DNA from: Aplysia californica
Lineage: Eukaryota
DNA: 62,939 nucleotides
Direction of reading: 5' to 3'
Assembly (NCBI RefSeq): GCF_000002075.1
Contig: NW_004797709.1
Span: 398,182 to 461,120 of the forward strand
This document shows positions 24,701 through 40,330 of the stretch, one piece after another; position 1 is the first letter of the stretch, and each line of letters opens with the position of its first letter. The notes under the pieces were generated by a model. It was not told where the DNA came from and did no database searches. It saw only the letters and a program-made list of their open reading frames with translations. Both the position numbers and the translations under genes were made by a program.

Positions 24701-27700
24701 TTCAGATCTTGACTTCCTTGATATGCTCGAAGGGAGAGACATGATCAGTGTGTGTGAAATCAAAGAGGGTGTAAGGGTATGTCCTACTATTTTTACAGGT
24801 GTGATAGAGATATTTTTTGTAATAGGAAAATTTTTAATTTTGCTTGGGTCGCGGCCTAATGACCTACTCTTCTGCAATTTTCAACAATCAAAGGATCTTT
24901 ACAACATCCCATTAATTATTAATAGCATATTAATTTGATAGCACAAGTAAATGAAGAATGAAGACAGTTCTATTTTCTTCAGTGTCCTGGTTTAGTTGCT
25001 TCTCTTCTACTGAATTTGTATGAGTTTCAGTTCTTCTGATCGAAAGGCTAATCCAAAAGCCACTACTTATTTTATCTTCTACTGCCATCAGGACTTGGTT
25101 TTCTCTGTTTTTTATAATGGGTTTTGTTAAAACAGTCCATGGATAAAAGTTTGCTAGCTGTGGCCAGAAATTCTGGCAAGGGAAAGCCAGTCGGTATCAC
25201 GGTGCCAGCAGCCGGGGATGGCCGCCCTTGACTGGACAAACATCAATCTCATGAAGCATGGATTTCTTTCGTTTACCTGGCAACTGTCTAAAAAAAACGT
25301 CTGACTTTTTAACTGAGCTGTTCAAGCATAAATCGACAGTACGGGAGTAATTCGATTATCTTTTCAGGCAAAGCCTCTTTAGATGCTATGAGTTTGACAG
25401 TTCTCAGGCAAAATGGTTGTGACCAACTTTTACCCATGGAACAGTCTTGTTAATATTTTACTGATGATGGCAGCAAGCTGAAGTATTATCAAACAATCTT
25501 GATCAAACGACTGGTGTCAGCTGTTTAATAGTTTGGCTTTTCTTTGTCACTTGCAGAAGATGTGAATTAAATTTCCGCGTGGGGAAGTTTTCTGTGAAGT
25601 ATATTCATCTGTTGGCAATATTCTGCTTCGCGAGGGTTTACCCTAATAGGCATAGTCGAATCAGCAGACCTCTCAAATGATCAAAATGTATTTATGGAAG
25701 CATAAAACACTTATAATATTATTGTTATACACTTCTCAATGGTATGATTAGGACAAGTACCTTATGTGCTCACCTATAATGCGACCTCGTGTATGTATAC
25801 ATACATGTTGGCATACCTTGTCTCCAGAATCAGACTAGCTTGGTGGGTTAACCCTATCCGTACGCCCTGCAGTCATTTTGTACCCCCTGGGTTGTATTCT
25901 TCTCATTTTAAATTTTAGAATATTTCTAGTAAGAAGATCTCTTTGAACCTTTCAGTATTTCTCAAAAATTCTTTTTGACAGACGACTATACAGATAGGAT
26001 TAATGAGTAAATTTCCTCTTTGGTAAGTGGTGGCCCGGAGTTCGCCACGTCATATGGATACGATAGTAAAACACGACGTACGGATAGGGTTAATTTGATT
26101 AAGTAAAAGTCCATGACACTCACCTTATGGTTGTGTTGACCATTGGATATGGATTTGCTGTTTGTGACTGATTTTAATTTCATTGTGACCAGAGTGTATG
26201 ATGTCATGATTTGGATTGTCTTCAGGTAGTGTGATCAGGCGAATTTTTTTCCAAAATGGTATATGCTGACTGTTACCAAGCTTTGTATTTCTACCTCCAT
26301 GTTTTTGTCTCGGAAACTATACTTAAAATTTATGAAATCATAAACAGTGGAAAAATTTCCTTGTGATGTTGATTGGAGACAGTGTTTTCCGAATGTCACA
26401 GATGTCAGCTAAGTAAAAGATATTGAACTCTTCACATATAATTATTTTTGTTGGAAAGGAGTTTTTATAAAATAGAGGTAGTTTCTGATTTATTCAGCAC
26501 AGACTAAATTGGCATTCTCTTCCAGTTGCTTTCCTTTTTCGTGCATGTGTTGATGTGTCTGCAAGTGTGATGTATGCATGTACGTCTACATGAATGGTTG
26601 CACTCAGTGTACCTTGTCCTGCATGTATATGTCTGATGGCAGGGTAGAAGTAGAAATGAAAGTGCTTAGACTGAAAAGTGGTCTTGGGGTACATTTGTAA
26701 CGTAAAACTACTTATTTGCACCTGCATAAAGTATTAACATTTTCCCGCCATGGGAGGCCAGTCGGTGATGGTAAGAAGCCATCCCCCCCCCCCCCCCCCC
26801 CCCACAGGATGCTGATGCTGATCGGTGACTGTGTGATATAGCGACAATAATGTTGTATGCTGCGTGAGTGGAAAGTGTTAAATCTATGAACCTGTGTTCG
26901 AGGGCTGTTTTTATGATCCTCAAGTTTTGCTCACCAGTCAGCTGAAAATAAACTTTGCTTCCTTTTGTAGTAGTAAAACACTTTTGTAGATGTCCCACCT
27001 TCTTTGAATGAAAAGAGGTGTAGCATTTTTATTTATCAAAGGCCAAAAAGTTTGCAATGCTGGTTTTCCTCATAAGTACACTGTATTAACCCTTTCAGTG
27101 CTGAAACATATCTATTTCCTTTTGTACAGACTGGACAAAATGTTCATTAGGAGAGATCTAGACAAAGCCATAATATATTTCCCCTTACTTAGAATAAGAA
27201 AGTGCACACGTTGCAAATACATCTTTAAAAATATCGATGAAAATTGTCAAGTGAACAAGTTTGGGAGAATCAAGTACATGTTATAAGTACATGTCATGTC
27301 TACCCAGCAGTGAAGAGGTTAAGCCATTTACTGTGTAGACGTATATATGTAATCTCTTGCATTTTCTGAAACAGGTTCTTTTCAAATGCAGTTACAGCTT
27401 GTGTTGTTGCTTATTCTTAAAAAGGGGGGAGGGTGTGGCTTTGCGCTAAAATCTCTCTTGAGTGAACATTTCATTTTGTGTCTTTACAGATGTAGATGGA
27501 AACGTCTCAGCAGTGAAAGAGTTTAAGAGTGAAAGATTACTGCCGTTCTGATGTGTAAGTGTAATAATTAGCTCTACGGCTGTCATTATAACAAGACGTC
27601 ATGGGTTGGATTCCCATGTGGGGAGGGTTTTTCATTGAATATCTCTATCTTGTCTACCGGGCTGTTGTATCCCTCTCAGTTTGGTCAACCCCCCAACAAG

Positions 27701-30656
27701 CATGGCCAAAGAAACGTGCCTCCTAAATTATCAAATGTGTCAACGGGGGCATTATAATTTACTTTGAACCGTCACGTACATTACAGTTTACAGACGTGAA
27801 GAGTATGGCCCTTGAGTAGACCTGTTCATTAGCTGTGTGGTGTTGTCCTCAATTTAACATGTGTGTGTGTGTGTGTATGCTTATGTGTCTTGTGCAGGTT
27901 GCATGGCTGTATGTTTTACAAAATGCACTGTCAAAACTTTCAAAACATTTTCATGGCCTCTTTTGTTGTTTGGGATTTTTTTTTTTGGGGGGGGGGGGGG
28001 GCTACTGTGTTTAACTATTTCTTAATTGTGAGGGCAAGTTTGCTGTGGCATTTTTGTTTGTTTTGTTCTTAGGGGATTGAATTCTCATTGGTTTCCTTCT
28101 TGACATTATCAGAGCTTATCCTGTGTGTTCATACAGTTTGCAAAGATAAAATCTTTGTTTCATTTCATCATCATTTGTTTTTTATGCCTGCACATCAGTT
28201 ATTGTAATTAATTACATGTATAATAATTTACATTTTATTGTCAGGTTGAATGAAAATTACAATATTTTGCTCCAATGAAAAGAATTCTCGTTTTTTTGTT
28301 GTTTTAGTGTAAATTTTACTTACTTCATCACCACTTTCTTTTTCACAAGCATCTTATTGTCTTTAAACTCTTAATCAGGAGTTAAGAATTTTGAGATAAA
28401 AGTGAAAGATCGCAGGTTGTTTGCAAAAATGAAACTTTATTCTTTATAATTAAATTGCTCATATTATAGGCGAGTAAGTACCGGTGCAGTAGACATTGTA
28501 ATTGTACTATCATCATTCTCAGCACTTGCTGTTCACGTGTCCCGCGGGCTCTGCTTTTTTTCTTCATAAGTTTTACGGCACTAGCAACACAGTTAGGTCA
28601 TATATATAAGTGCCGAAGATTAGAGGTAGGCTATTACAAGGAAGTAACAAACACAAAAAAGAAGGAGGGGGGGATAAAGACAATAGATGAGTTTGTTTGA
28701 TAGGAAAGAAGGGGCAAACCACACTAGAGCACCCGCCAACTACCCACTGAACTCAGCTTGTTGTATCATGTTCCATAACAGTTCAGAATAATCTCGCTCT
28801 AATTCCTGTAAAGAAATTTTTTTTTGAAATCACAGACAAGAAACAAGGAAAAGGAGAGAACCGAACAAATTCTGCCAGAACACCTGCCACCCACACTCAC
28901 TGTTTGTGGGTTTCACACCTTTTTCAACACTGCAACTGTAAGATTGTGTCAGGAGACACCTGCAAATTCCTACTTTCACCTTCGAAAGAGCTGACCCAAC
29001 AGATGGAGAGCTTTTTTTTCTCCCCCACATGTAGGTGTTTTTACTACACACCCATGGACTCAATTTCCATCATTTAGGAGGTGGGCCTCGACTCATTTGT
29101 CAATGGTGGTTTGAAAAGTACCATAAAATTTCCTTTGATCTGCTCCTGTTCAGACATACAACGTATGTCCGCTACGTCCTAGAGAATTTTTTATTTAGTT
29201 TTAGTAAATGTTTTACGGCACTTGCAACACAATAAGGTCATATAAGTGCAGAAGATTAAAGGTGTTACAAGAGAGTAACAAACACAAAAAAGGAGGGGAG
29301 ATAAAGACGATAGATGTTTGATAGGAAAAAAGAAGCAAACCACACCAGACCACCCGCTAACCGCCCACTCCTTAAGAATTAAGACACACACTGTACATAC
29401 AGTAGTTATAGCAATAACAAACTTTTAACTAGGAATCAGCAAAACCTCACTCCTGTTCAAGTAAACAAAAACACACCGTTTATTCCCACTTTTGACACCC
29501 ACAAACAGTTTAATATCTCATAATTTCTACACACACACACAAACATACAGAACTTTCATAAATACATTTTCGTAAACTCATTATACATTATACATGTGTG
29601 CAAATGTCCCTCCAGTCACAGGTAGACAAATCTATACATGTACACAAAACAATCACTTTGCAAGGTGAAAGAGCAACAACTGTCTCTGAGTGAGGTACCG
29701 GTAACACAAGGAACATCGTCACCACACAAGGCCAATCGTACATACAATGTAGTGATATACACAGGTGAACAAAATCACAGTCAAAAGGTTTAAATACAGG
29801 CAAAAATACTCTCAATTTCATGAGGAAATGTTCATCGATTTCAAGTAACAAACACAATCATTTCAATACATGTCCCAACAAACAAAAATGTTCAGTCCTT
29901 GTAGATCTGGGCGGTTTTGTTTAAAGTAAATTAAAGTGTCTCACCTTTATAGGAAATGTAAAAAAAAAAAAAAAACCCACGATCGAATGATTTTTCCCAA
30001 ATTTGTCACAACAGGGGACCCTGACTATACTATACTATAACTATAACACTTTAATAACAGGATGGCAAGGACTGACATGATATCCCAGTTATAGCCGAAC
30101 AACCCCGTTTTATATATATTGGGGACGGGGAAGAAGTTTCATACAGTAACTTAAGTAACTAGATCTCCTTTCTTTTACAGAAATATTTTGTTCTCATCTT
30201 GACCTTCCCTTTTCTATAACATCATGGGAAGTTGACTAGACAATTCGAGATGGCCTACAATTGTATTTATATATTGTAACACATGACATACCCATGTTCT
30301 ATAGCACCCACAGCATGTATGTGCACTTTATAAAGATTTGTCACATTGAATACATGTAGTTACCATGGTTGGAAACAGGAGCGCACATAGATCAGCGGCA
30401 GATCTAGCACCCAGAGCCTTCTTTTCATTTAATTTTTTTTCTCCCTGTAACAAGTCTCGCCACCCAACGGGGAGACAACATGATGATGTGGTGCCAGGCC
30501 AAGGTCATGCTGTCACTTGCTGGACTTGTGTCACTAACTGGACTTGTGTCACTTTTGTCAGCCCCAAAGTCCATCTAGCTGTCCTCCCCTGAACACATGA
30601 TGTGACACATTAGAATTAAAAGGGTACACAATCGACTCTGGCCTAATGCGGGTTGC

Positions 30657-30763
30657 CTAGGTCCAATTCGCTGTTGTTTTGCTTTTTCCTGCTTTCTTGT
30701 CCACTTCCTTTACGATTTTGTCGATGGCTCGACCACAGTTATGGCTAAACATTTCTCTTCTGT
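30657..30763 (-). other. Candidate terminal exon (phase-1 reading RREMFSHNCGRAIDKIVKEVDKKAGKSKTTANWT*)
   Basis: Acceptor tttctttcag; purine-rich exon-like composition; minus-strand AATAAA at about 29479-29484. Confidence 0.35.
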
Positions 30764-33700
30764 CTGAAAGAAACTTGTACTTCTTGACTACGCATTAAAT
30801 GAGTTTGCACTCAATGATTTATTATAAGCCTGCTATAGCTGGAGTCCCGTTCGAGTCGTGACTGTTATCAGAAGGGCCCACTGAACTGTTAATGGGAGAT
30901 TTTACATCGTTTTCATTATATTCCAAGACGTAAAAATATCAATTGAGCTAAACCCCAAAAGAAAAAAACCTATGTCTACAATAACAACCCAGCTTTACAG
31001 TATGAAAGAAACATTATAATATTTATATGCACCAATTTCATGAACCACATAATACAGACAAAATGTAGTGTGGAAATTAATGAATTCTTCCACTTCAATG
31101 AAATGTAGAAGAAAAATAATTATGGAACAAAGTCATGGAAATAAAACAAAACATATATTTACAAACATTGCAAAAGTTAACTGAATACCAGCAATACATC
31201 TCTTTTCACATACATAATGAAGAATCTAACTTTAAAAATCCTGACTCCAAACACATGAACAAATTATTTATTATACCAAACCAGTTAAAAAAGTGAGAGT
31301 AACCAAGATTACAGTGCCACAAGACCTCACTTCACATGACCAGCATATGTGCATCCGTTCTTTTGTGTTACGAAAGGCCCTTTAAAACAGTCAGTCTACT
31401 CATGGGTGGGTTGGGGGAGAGCAAGCTTGGACATTTTTTTTTTTTTAAATAACACTAGCTTTGACTTCTCTGACCCAAACAGTCAGGTACGCTGAGAGCA
31501 TTTAGTTAGACAACCATAATACATAATCTGACATTCTTGGGAGGAGAGGAGAAGGTGGAGAGAGAGACTTTTGAGTCGAAAAAATAAAGAAAGAATTAAT
31601 ATAGAGAAACGATCTACATCAGACCTAGGCAATACGTTTCCAAACCAAAAACAACAGAAACTTATGTTACAACCCCACACCATAGAGAAGCAACAGATTT
31701 CTCCCCACCAAGTTTTAGCAAAAGTTTTACAGCACTTGCAACACAAACAGGTCATGTAAATGTCAAAGGTTAAAAATATGTTACTAGTACTAGAAAGAAA
31801 CATCCAAAGAAAACAAGGAAAAATAAGGAGGATAGATGTTTGATAGGAAAGAAAAAGCAAATCACACCAGGGCATCCACCAACCACCCGTGCATACATAC
31901 ACACCTTTATATGGTCACAGAAATCATGCATAATTAGAGCATACATTGCATAAAGACTATTAGAGATATATAATTTATAACAGTGTTTTTCTAGAGCATC
32001 CAATCCTCGTGAATATCGCCAGATGAGATTCACTTGTGAAAATTTTACAAGACAGAGTGTTAAAAACTTGACTTTTGAAAACTTATGTTGAGTTTTCCAA
32101 GAAGCTTTTACAAGATTATGCAGATATTCTTAAAAAGAGACGCTCGCCAAAATTCTCAAAATGTATGCCACTTCTTTTAATTTTTGCAAACACAAGAAAT
32201 GGCTGAGGGGAAAAATAAAACAACCAAATATCTAAGTCTCATAGCAGTGTCTGATACACAGACCCAGTATACAGCCACATTTGTAAGCATTTCTCCAACT
32301 TGCAACTTTTTCCATAAAACAAAGAGAAACAATTTTCAATCTAGATGTTTTTAAGCCCCCATTGACCCTATATATGGATCATTTAGGACAAGGACAACCA
32401 ATGCTGAGAGGGATACAACATTCCAGCAGAAAGACCGAGATGCTCAATAAGAATTTCTCCCTACTCGGGAATTGACCTACAGTCTTCTGTGCGCTACAGA
32501 GAAACGCCTATCCCCGCTGCATACACCATAGACACTACTTCTCCCCCCCCCAATCACTTCAACTCAAGTACAACAAAAGAATTATAACAAGTCACAATAC
32601 AAAATAATTGAAAATCCCATATATGAGTATTTAAAAGCATACATTTCCCATAATTTGAAATAACACAAAATTAGCAAAAACAATTTGGCTTGCTTGAAAC
32701 TAGGCATAAAACTAACACAACTTTCAGAATGTACAGAGGGAGCTATTGTGATGAAAGGAGCACAAAAGCAGAAGAAATGCTTTACATAAAACCATGTAAG
32801 GCTGGTATACAAATCATTTTATTTCTTCTGAAAAAAAAAAGAGTAATTTTTGTCTTAAAATTTTAACACCCTGGCTAACCTTATTGCACAGACAGTGCAA
32901 TAACTTGGACCTGTATTATTCACCTCATGATTTTAACAACCTGGTTTGGTTTTCTTCAAAGTCAAAAGGGGGAAGATGCAAGAAAATGGTCATCTGTCAA
33001 AGTGACTGCAGCGGCACAGGCTATAAGTTCTGAGATCATACAATCAAACCTACTGTAACCACTACCTGCTCAAGACAATCATCACCTGTACAATCCAACA
33101 CGTCCCTCTTCCTTGCTTGCATTTTGTCTATATATTATAACAACCCTGTCCAGGACGTTCACTTGTCTTTTAGTCTAAATTAAGTAAGAGTTCTCCTGAA
33201 CTTGCAGCACAAACAGGTCATATAAATGCCGAAGGTTAAAGGTGTGACAAGGGAGGGTCTAAGACAACCACTTTCTCCTTGGAAAATTTTGACTGTACTA
33301 CTACTGTACATGTTTCTTTTTTTTTTTCTTCTTCTTCTCCTCCAAACTCCATAACTATCCTACATTTTGATACTTGCTGCCATTTGCTCAAGAAAACAAA
33401 ACTTTCATTTCTTATTTACCAGTCAGAGATCTATTACCTTCTACTTCCTTAAACATTAGCCCTTTTTTGGTTTTTAGATCTATGCAATTAGACTGAGTAA
33501 CCCGAACTTGGCTTCTTCTGTGCACCCCACACACTCTTACATTCATAAAACGCACTTACTGGCCAAGCAAATAAACTATGGTGATGGTCTCCCCTATCCA
33601 GCTTCTATTTGTCGTTCAGAAAACCAGTTTCCAATTATCTTCACGTCTGATTTAAGGGCTTCATTTGGAACCCTGCCAGTTTCAGGAAATAAAGACCGTC

Positions 33701-36700
33701 AGCCAATCTGAGCTGACAAAAATTTGACAATACAATTTGGTACCGGTATCTTTACAAGGAAGACCAGAAGTAGAAGTTTATCTCAACAATTTTGTTTTTC
33801 GAATTACACCCGTCAGCATAACACTACCAATTGGTTGGTATTTTTAGACTAATAATGACATTTTTGCTGGCGATAAACAGGCCCATCATTTTTTAAAAAC
33901 AAAATCTCAAAACATCTAATCAATCATGATAAAGCCTTAATATCAAATTACATCCCTACTGAAACAACACCCGAGACCTACATTTTAGTTTTAGTTAGAG
34001 ACACACACATTCGTCAAAAGAGAAACAAACAAAGAAAAGGAGGAGAAAAATTTATAATGAAAGAAGGTGCAAACAGCCCACAGACCTAATTTTACTGCGC
34101 ACTCTACTGTGGCCTACATTCTTGCAGGGCAGATCCCACTCAACCATATCAGATTACAGAGACTGGCTTGATCTGTGAAACCATACCTTCCAAGATAAAA
34201 CCAAGTAGAAAATCAATATATCTGTATTGAATTAAATTCCACATAGAATCTGAGAAAGAAGAACAAAATAACAGAAAACAATGAACAGCAAAGTTCAGTA
34301 GATTGAATCTGAAATACTCACTGTCCCAGACAGCAAAGTAATACCAGAGGATAACAGACAAGCCTTTAAAAAATAAAAACTCCTTCGACATCTCAAAAAA
34401 AATTTAAAAAATAAATAAACAGAAAAAAACACAGTGACTCACAAAAAGATTACTCTCACTTTGCTCACTCACAGTACAACACTAAAAGAGCGACAACAAA
34501 AAATGTAATAAAGGAAAAGGAATTTTCTACATATTAAGAGGAAAAAAATTTAATTTCTGGGACAAAAATGTTAGTGCTATAGAACAAACACACACACTTC
34601 GCTTCAAATCCTGTCTGCTTAAAACAACAGAGGTACCAACTGGCTCCAAAAATTAATCACAAACCTTTTAGTTCCCAGGAGATTATATGCATGTGGGGAC
34701 TCACAATTTAGATTGTCGTGTATACCATCATTTATTATTTTTATATATACTTGTGCAAAACCCAGACATCTTCAGAAATCTGTACTTTCAGATTAATCTG
34801 ACCACTTGTGAAAAAGATTAACAAAACCAAAATACAAAGAAAGAGCACCGCCGCCACCAATAAATCACATTGACTGTCATTGACCATCTTAGAACACTTT
34901 ATGGAAAGAACATCAGTGGATGCGCAGGAGCACTGTACATAATATATTGATCTATGGTCAACATTTCAATTTAAACTCTTCACTTCCTAAGTACTTTAAA
35001 AACACCCTGCCTAGACCAAAATGACACCAAAAAAAAAGCCGAAAAACATTACACATGTCAGGGATGCAGCTGGGTGTTTGTGAAAAACAATGAGAAAATT
35101 TACCAAGCTACATTTGTGAAGAAAAAGACAGTGAATTGACAAGGCCAACATGGGGTTAAACAGAAAAAATAACGATAACAGTTCTCTCTTACTTTCTTTC
35201 AGTGAAAATAGTGGGACCCCCCCCCCCTCTCCCCCCACTCCGAAAAACAGAATTCCTGAGATATAATTTCTAGTAATGATATAAATGTTTTACAACCCTT
35301 CTACATCAACTAAAGATCATTAACGCGACATACTAATTCAGCCCCGCCTGCAGTGGCCAATCTGGGCCGAGAGAAATACAAGTAACAATGTCTTAGCGGA
35401 TAGACTGAGATACTGAAGTAAAAACCTCCCCACACACGAATTGATCTGGTCTTCTACCTTCACCAATATTGATCCGAATCGTTACACCTGTCAGCTGTTT
35501 TTACGTAATGTCAATGTTCAGTACCTTAACAGTACACTAAATGTACAACCCTCTGAGCACAACCTACTTTTGTACATATCGCCGGCAAGCTGTTTAACGC
35601 CCAGAGAGCAAAGTTTTTAAGGAGAGAGAAAAAAGCCTGTTTCATTTTGGTAACAATTGTACCTTCCTTCTTTATTTACTTTTTGAAACATTTAGAATTC
35701 GATTTTGTACAAAAATAAATTTGGAAAAATATATGCAACAATCCCACAAATTAAAAAACTGCAACAAAAGAAAAATGTCAAAATTTTGGGCAGCATCTGG
35801 TACATCTCAACAGCTGGTCGACTATATGTCACAATACGGTGGAATCGGGCGCTTGTCAATTTTCGGGCAAAGGAAGTTCAATTGGTTTAATCTTAAAGCT
35901 TGCTCATTTGCCTTGCTCTGACGAAAAAAATATCCATCAATCTAGAATAGAGAGGTCAAGAAGGTGGGAACGACCTAGTGTCAGAGGTAAAACTAGCATG
36001 ATTACCAAAGTTTGGAGATGTCCAAAGCTATAGAATTTATAATTTTTTTTCTTTTGATCAATGTTATTCAGTAACATCCACAGAAATGTGTTTTGAAAAG
36101 GACATAAAAGCAAATTTTTTAAAAAATGAATTAAAAATAGTCGTCAACACTTGGAGGGTTAACGAGAAAAATTTTAATAGATAGCTAAAGTATTGAAATT
36201 GATTGTAAGTTTTTGTAGTAGCCCTGTTTTCTTCACAGGTCATAAACCAACCTTTTCAACTCCCCATTTATAAGTACAAGAATTACTTTCACAGTTCTAT
36301 GACTTTCAAGTAATTGAACCATAACAAAACATAATGTTATTTATCTTAATAATACTTGTACGGCTTTACCCGATATCAGGTACCACCTTTACCATCACAT
36401 GTAATGTTCTAATTAATTTATATTAAGCGTAGAAAACATAACATAATACAAAAATCGTTGTTCTTGTTTTTAAAATGTTATTGCCATAAAAAGTTTGTTC
36501 TGTTGAAAATGAGAGGTGTTAATGACAAAAAGTTGTCTTCCAAAGCAAAATTGTAGAAACAGATAGTTGGAAGCAGCACAGAAAACATCTACTTCCGTTT
36601 TAAAATGAAAATAACTGCCCCATAACATGTGTCATGAGAGGCATGACAGATAGACTTCTAAACACTTTATTTAATGCTTTTGTTTTATGTTTGGAATAAA

Positions 36701-37070
36701 GAAAAACACATCATCCCATACAGTCATTTCGTAAGAGAAAAAAGAAAGATTTTTTTTTTAAAAATAAAAATTTTAAGTTGTTGTCCCAGAAAACACCTCT
36801 TTTCCAGCAAAGAAAGGAAAATGAACCCACATTTTGCATTATTTCTAGCTTTTTCAACACTATTTAAAATTTGAATTTCAACAAAATATTTCTCAAGCAC
36901 ATGCAACGGATACCAAAGATTGAGAAACTGCAGTTTCAAAGTTTAGAATTTTGGGAGTGTAGTTTATAGGAACATATAGCCGACAGACAAAGTATCAAAA
37001 CTGCCCCTGGTTCAATTCACATCCAGCTGTCCATTTACAGTTTGCAGTCACAGTCAGAAGTATAAAATAC

Positions 37071-37208
37071 CCCATCTGGTCATCCAGCCAGGAGAGTGAC
37101 TGCAACGGACTTCTTCGGCCTGGTGCAGAACTGCGCCACGTGACCAGAACGGATAATTTTCACCGGCGCATTATTGCTGCAAGTGACATCAAAGTGATAA
37201 GGAACGTA
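37071..37208 (-). other. Candidate exon in the minus-strand transcription unit (phase-0 reading YVPYHFD...VTLLAG*, stop at 37080-37082)
   Basis: Acceptor ctttcccccccag, GC/CpG-rich island within AT-rich flanks, possible donor GGG|gtattt; no homolog recognised. Confidence 0.4.
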
Positions 37209-39654
37209 CTGGGGGGGAAAGGTCAACAATGACACAGAAAACAGTTAAAAACCAAAGATGAGAAGTCAACTACAAGTGAAAATGTGAACCGATACACTAT
37301 ATATATTCTACTCAATGTCACAACCACCCATCCGTAATATTTTTTAAAAATTTTTTAAATTAAATCAACACGTATTTTCCAGTTCCTAACTAATAACAAT
37401 AATATCCTTTAACGGAAAAATACCGTTGACACTCACAACATAAAAAAACAATCAGTTCAACAAAAGTAAAGAGATGACGCATAAATGATGAAAATGAGAA
37501 AAAATGCCTTTCTTAGTTTCTATTTTATTTTCTATTGAACAAGTAGACCAAGAACGGAAACAGCAAGTACAGGTTATATCAGTCATCATGCAATCTCCTA
37601 TACTAACACTTTCTTATAGCAGCTCACACAAACAAACCTACATCATCGAGCAAGCAGGAAATAATGAATGCAACACAATCTTTCACATCCTTGACTACCA
37701 TGGTTAAACAACACATCAAAGAGATGTTGCGAGCAGTACATTACATCATGTACAGGATTGGCACACACGTATATTCCTGACCAGTCAGTCAGTCTTGACC
37801 CATGAAATTGAACACTGGGTTTGGGGGCAGTGAAGGTAAAAGAGGGGAAAAGAAAATGGAAAAGTTTTCGTTTTTATAAAGTATTAGTAGGCTTTACTTC
37901 ACTTGCAACACAAATAAGTTCATTCTATTACATAAAAGTGCCAAAAATTAGAGAGGGCGATCAACGTTTGATAGGAAAGAAGGAGCAACGATAGCAACCG
38001 CCAACCATCTATTAAGGATGGAAAGAAACAATGGAAAAATTATCATCCTCAGCTATCAGTCATATAAGGTAAAGACAGGTGACAGTAGGGAGAAACAAGC
38101 AGCAACAACAGGCAAGTCAAGCATGCCAAGATCTGGTCAGCAGCTGTTTCAATCTGGCCAGCAACTCGACTCAGTAATTAATAATGAATGTGGCTGCCAG
38201 TGAGTTGATAATTAATAAAAAACCAAACTGTCTTGAAAACTAAAATGCGACAAAATGTCCTCGAGTGACACATTCAAACTGCTAGTGTGTCAGTTTTAGA
38301 CTCAATTTTGAGAGCTTTGGTATTTCCACAAATTTCACCCACTTCTCTCCTGTGTTGGCCCACCAGTTAGTTCAGATTTGCTTTTTGCCCTGGACCCACA
38401 ACATATAATGCACGACTGCCATGCCTGATGTAAGTGACTCAAAACTTAAATTAAAGGGGGAGGAGATGTGAGTGATGGAAATAAAAGATGAGAGGTTGGG
38501 GAAGCAAAAAGAAAAGATAATGAAGTAAAAGAAGAGAGTTAATTAAGAGGATAGGACTATGAGTATTGGGGAGGCAGATCTGATGGGAAAATGGAAAAAC
38601 AACATGAATGCATGCGCAACACAGACATTCTCTTACTTTAAAACAGAATACACAATGAGATGGAATGTGAGACAACAAAAGCATTATAATCAATCGCTAA
38701 ATTTACAATTAACACCGTTTGCACATACATATCAAATTTATAATTTCACAACAGAGAAATAACATCATGTTGCAATGTTAGGCATCAGTGTGAGTGTCTG
38801 GCACATATTTTTTTTAAAGGGAACATGATATTCATTCATATAAAAGAATCGATTTCAATCTGAACTAAAATATTTCATCGTAACATTCACGACATTTTAA
38901 CAATATAACTACACATTCACTCAAATATTTTTTTTTTTAATACACAGACAGGGAAAAAAAATATTAGAAAAACACATTTTTCTACAACTACAAGCAATAA
39001 AACCGGTATCATGGAACTCCCTGTACTTTATGTTTTGGTATTTCTTTGACTGTACCTTCTGCCACAGCACCACAAATGACTAGGAGCACACAAAAAGAAA
39101 AGCCCATAGGCAGCAGCAGCATCATCAGTTTGAATAAATGAAATAACAAAAAATCCTCCATAAAATTCCCTTTCCGTTTCCCTTTTAAAGAAAAAAAAAA
39201 ATCATTACAAGAAAAAACCCACAACCAACATTCAACGATGGCCAGATTTCTTCACAAAACCCATAAAATAAAATAATTTTAAGTATAAATGAAAAGAACT
39301 GTTTTCAGGATACATTTAATTGTTGTTATTTATTTTTAAAAAATGATTTAATGTTCAAACATCCAACACAATAATTATCTTGGGTGTGTACGAAACACTT
39401 ACTATAATCTTTTAAGGGGGGGAAACTGAACTTGCAGATACACTTAGAATGTGAGTAGTTTGTTCAATTTTAAATTCTTTTCCCTCCTTAGACAGCAACA
39501 GCTATTTAATAAGCATGCATGTCTACTTTGAGCAAAGAAAAGAGGCTGGGAGATGTAGGTATGACAAGGGAAATAATTTTTATATGTGATGGCATTTACA
39601 AGGCACAGACAAATTAATGCAGAGTAATGAAAGAGAGGATAAGAGGAGGGTCAA

Positions 39655-39674
39655 AGAGAGACACAAGAGAGAGA

Positions 39675-39744
<70 letters not shown>

Positions 39745-39796
39745 AAGGGGTAGAAAGAGAGAGAAGGAGAGAGAAGGGGTAGAAAAAGAGAGAAGG

Positions 39797-39857
<61 letters not shown>
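39655..39857. repeat. (GA)n compound microsatellite; others at 41346-41403 and 61550-61655
   Basis: Direct inspection. Confidence 0.95.
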
Positions 39858-39859
<2 letters not shown>

Positions 39860-40159
39860 GCACAGAAGATAATTTGCCTCCTGTTCCAAGTTGCTGCTGC
39901 TGCTACAGCTGCCAGATCAATGCCACAAGACGAAAGTGCCACGCTTCGCCGTGGTGATTATCTTAGTATGTCTCATCAATCAATAACATGTGACAACACT
40001 ACCACACACACTCACCCTACCCCCCACTTTCTCACTTGGAAAAAACCCAATCCTGAAATAATACTTATGCTGCGCAGTTTATTGCATACACCATTGTTGT
40101 CAACAATCTACCGAATGCAAAATCTTTCACAAAATAAACACCACCATTCAGACCAAGTA

Positions 40160-40330
40160 CAGTGCAGCCTCTCTATAACGACATCCTCTGTTTCACGACA
40201 TGGTACCCAGGTCCCGATTTTTTTCCCTTGTATACCATTAGTAATTTTTGGTTGCCTCTCTATAATGACAACTCTCTATAACGACATCTTTTTCTGATCC
40301 CAATGATGGCGTTATAGAGAGGCTGCACTA
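40160..40330. mobile_element. pogo/Tigger-like MITE
   Basis: TA|CAGTGCAGCCTCTCTATAACG...CGTTATAGAGAGGCTGCACT; internal CTCTATAACGACA repeats. Confidence 0.8.

Noticed and set aside
37188-37208. YVPYHFD resembles the RNase A C-terminal YVPVHFD; nearby GHVAQFC resembles half a zinc knuckle
   Set aside because: Too short; no other RNase A motifs, the family is vertebrate-restricted, and the CxxC half is missing
39580-40297. RE/SL-repeat ORFs
   Set aside because: Translations of the (GA)n microsatellite
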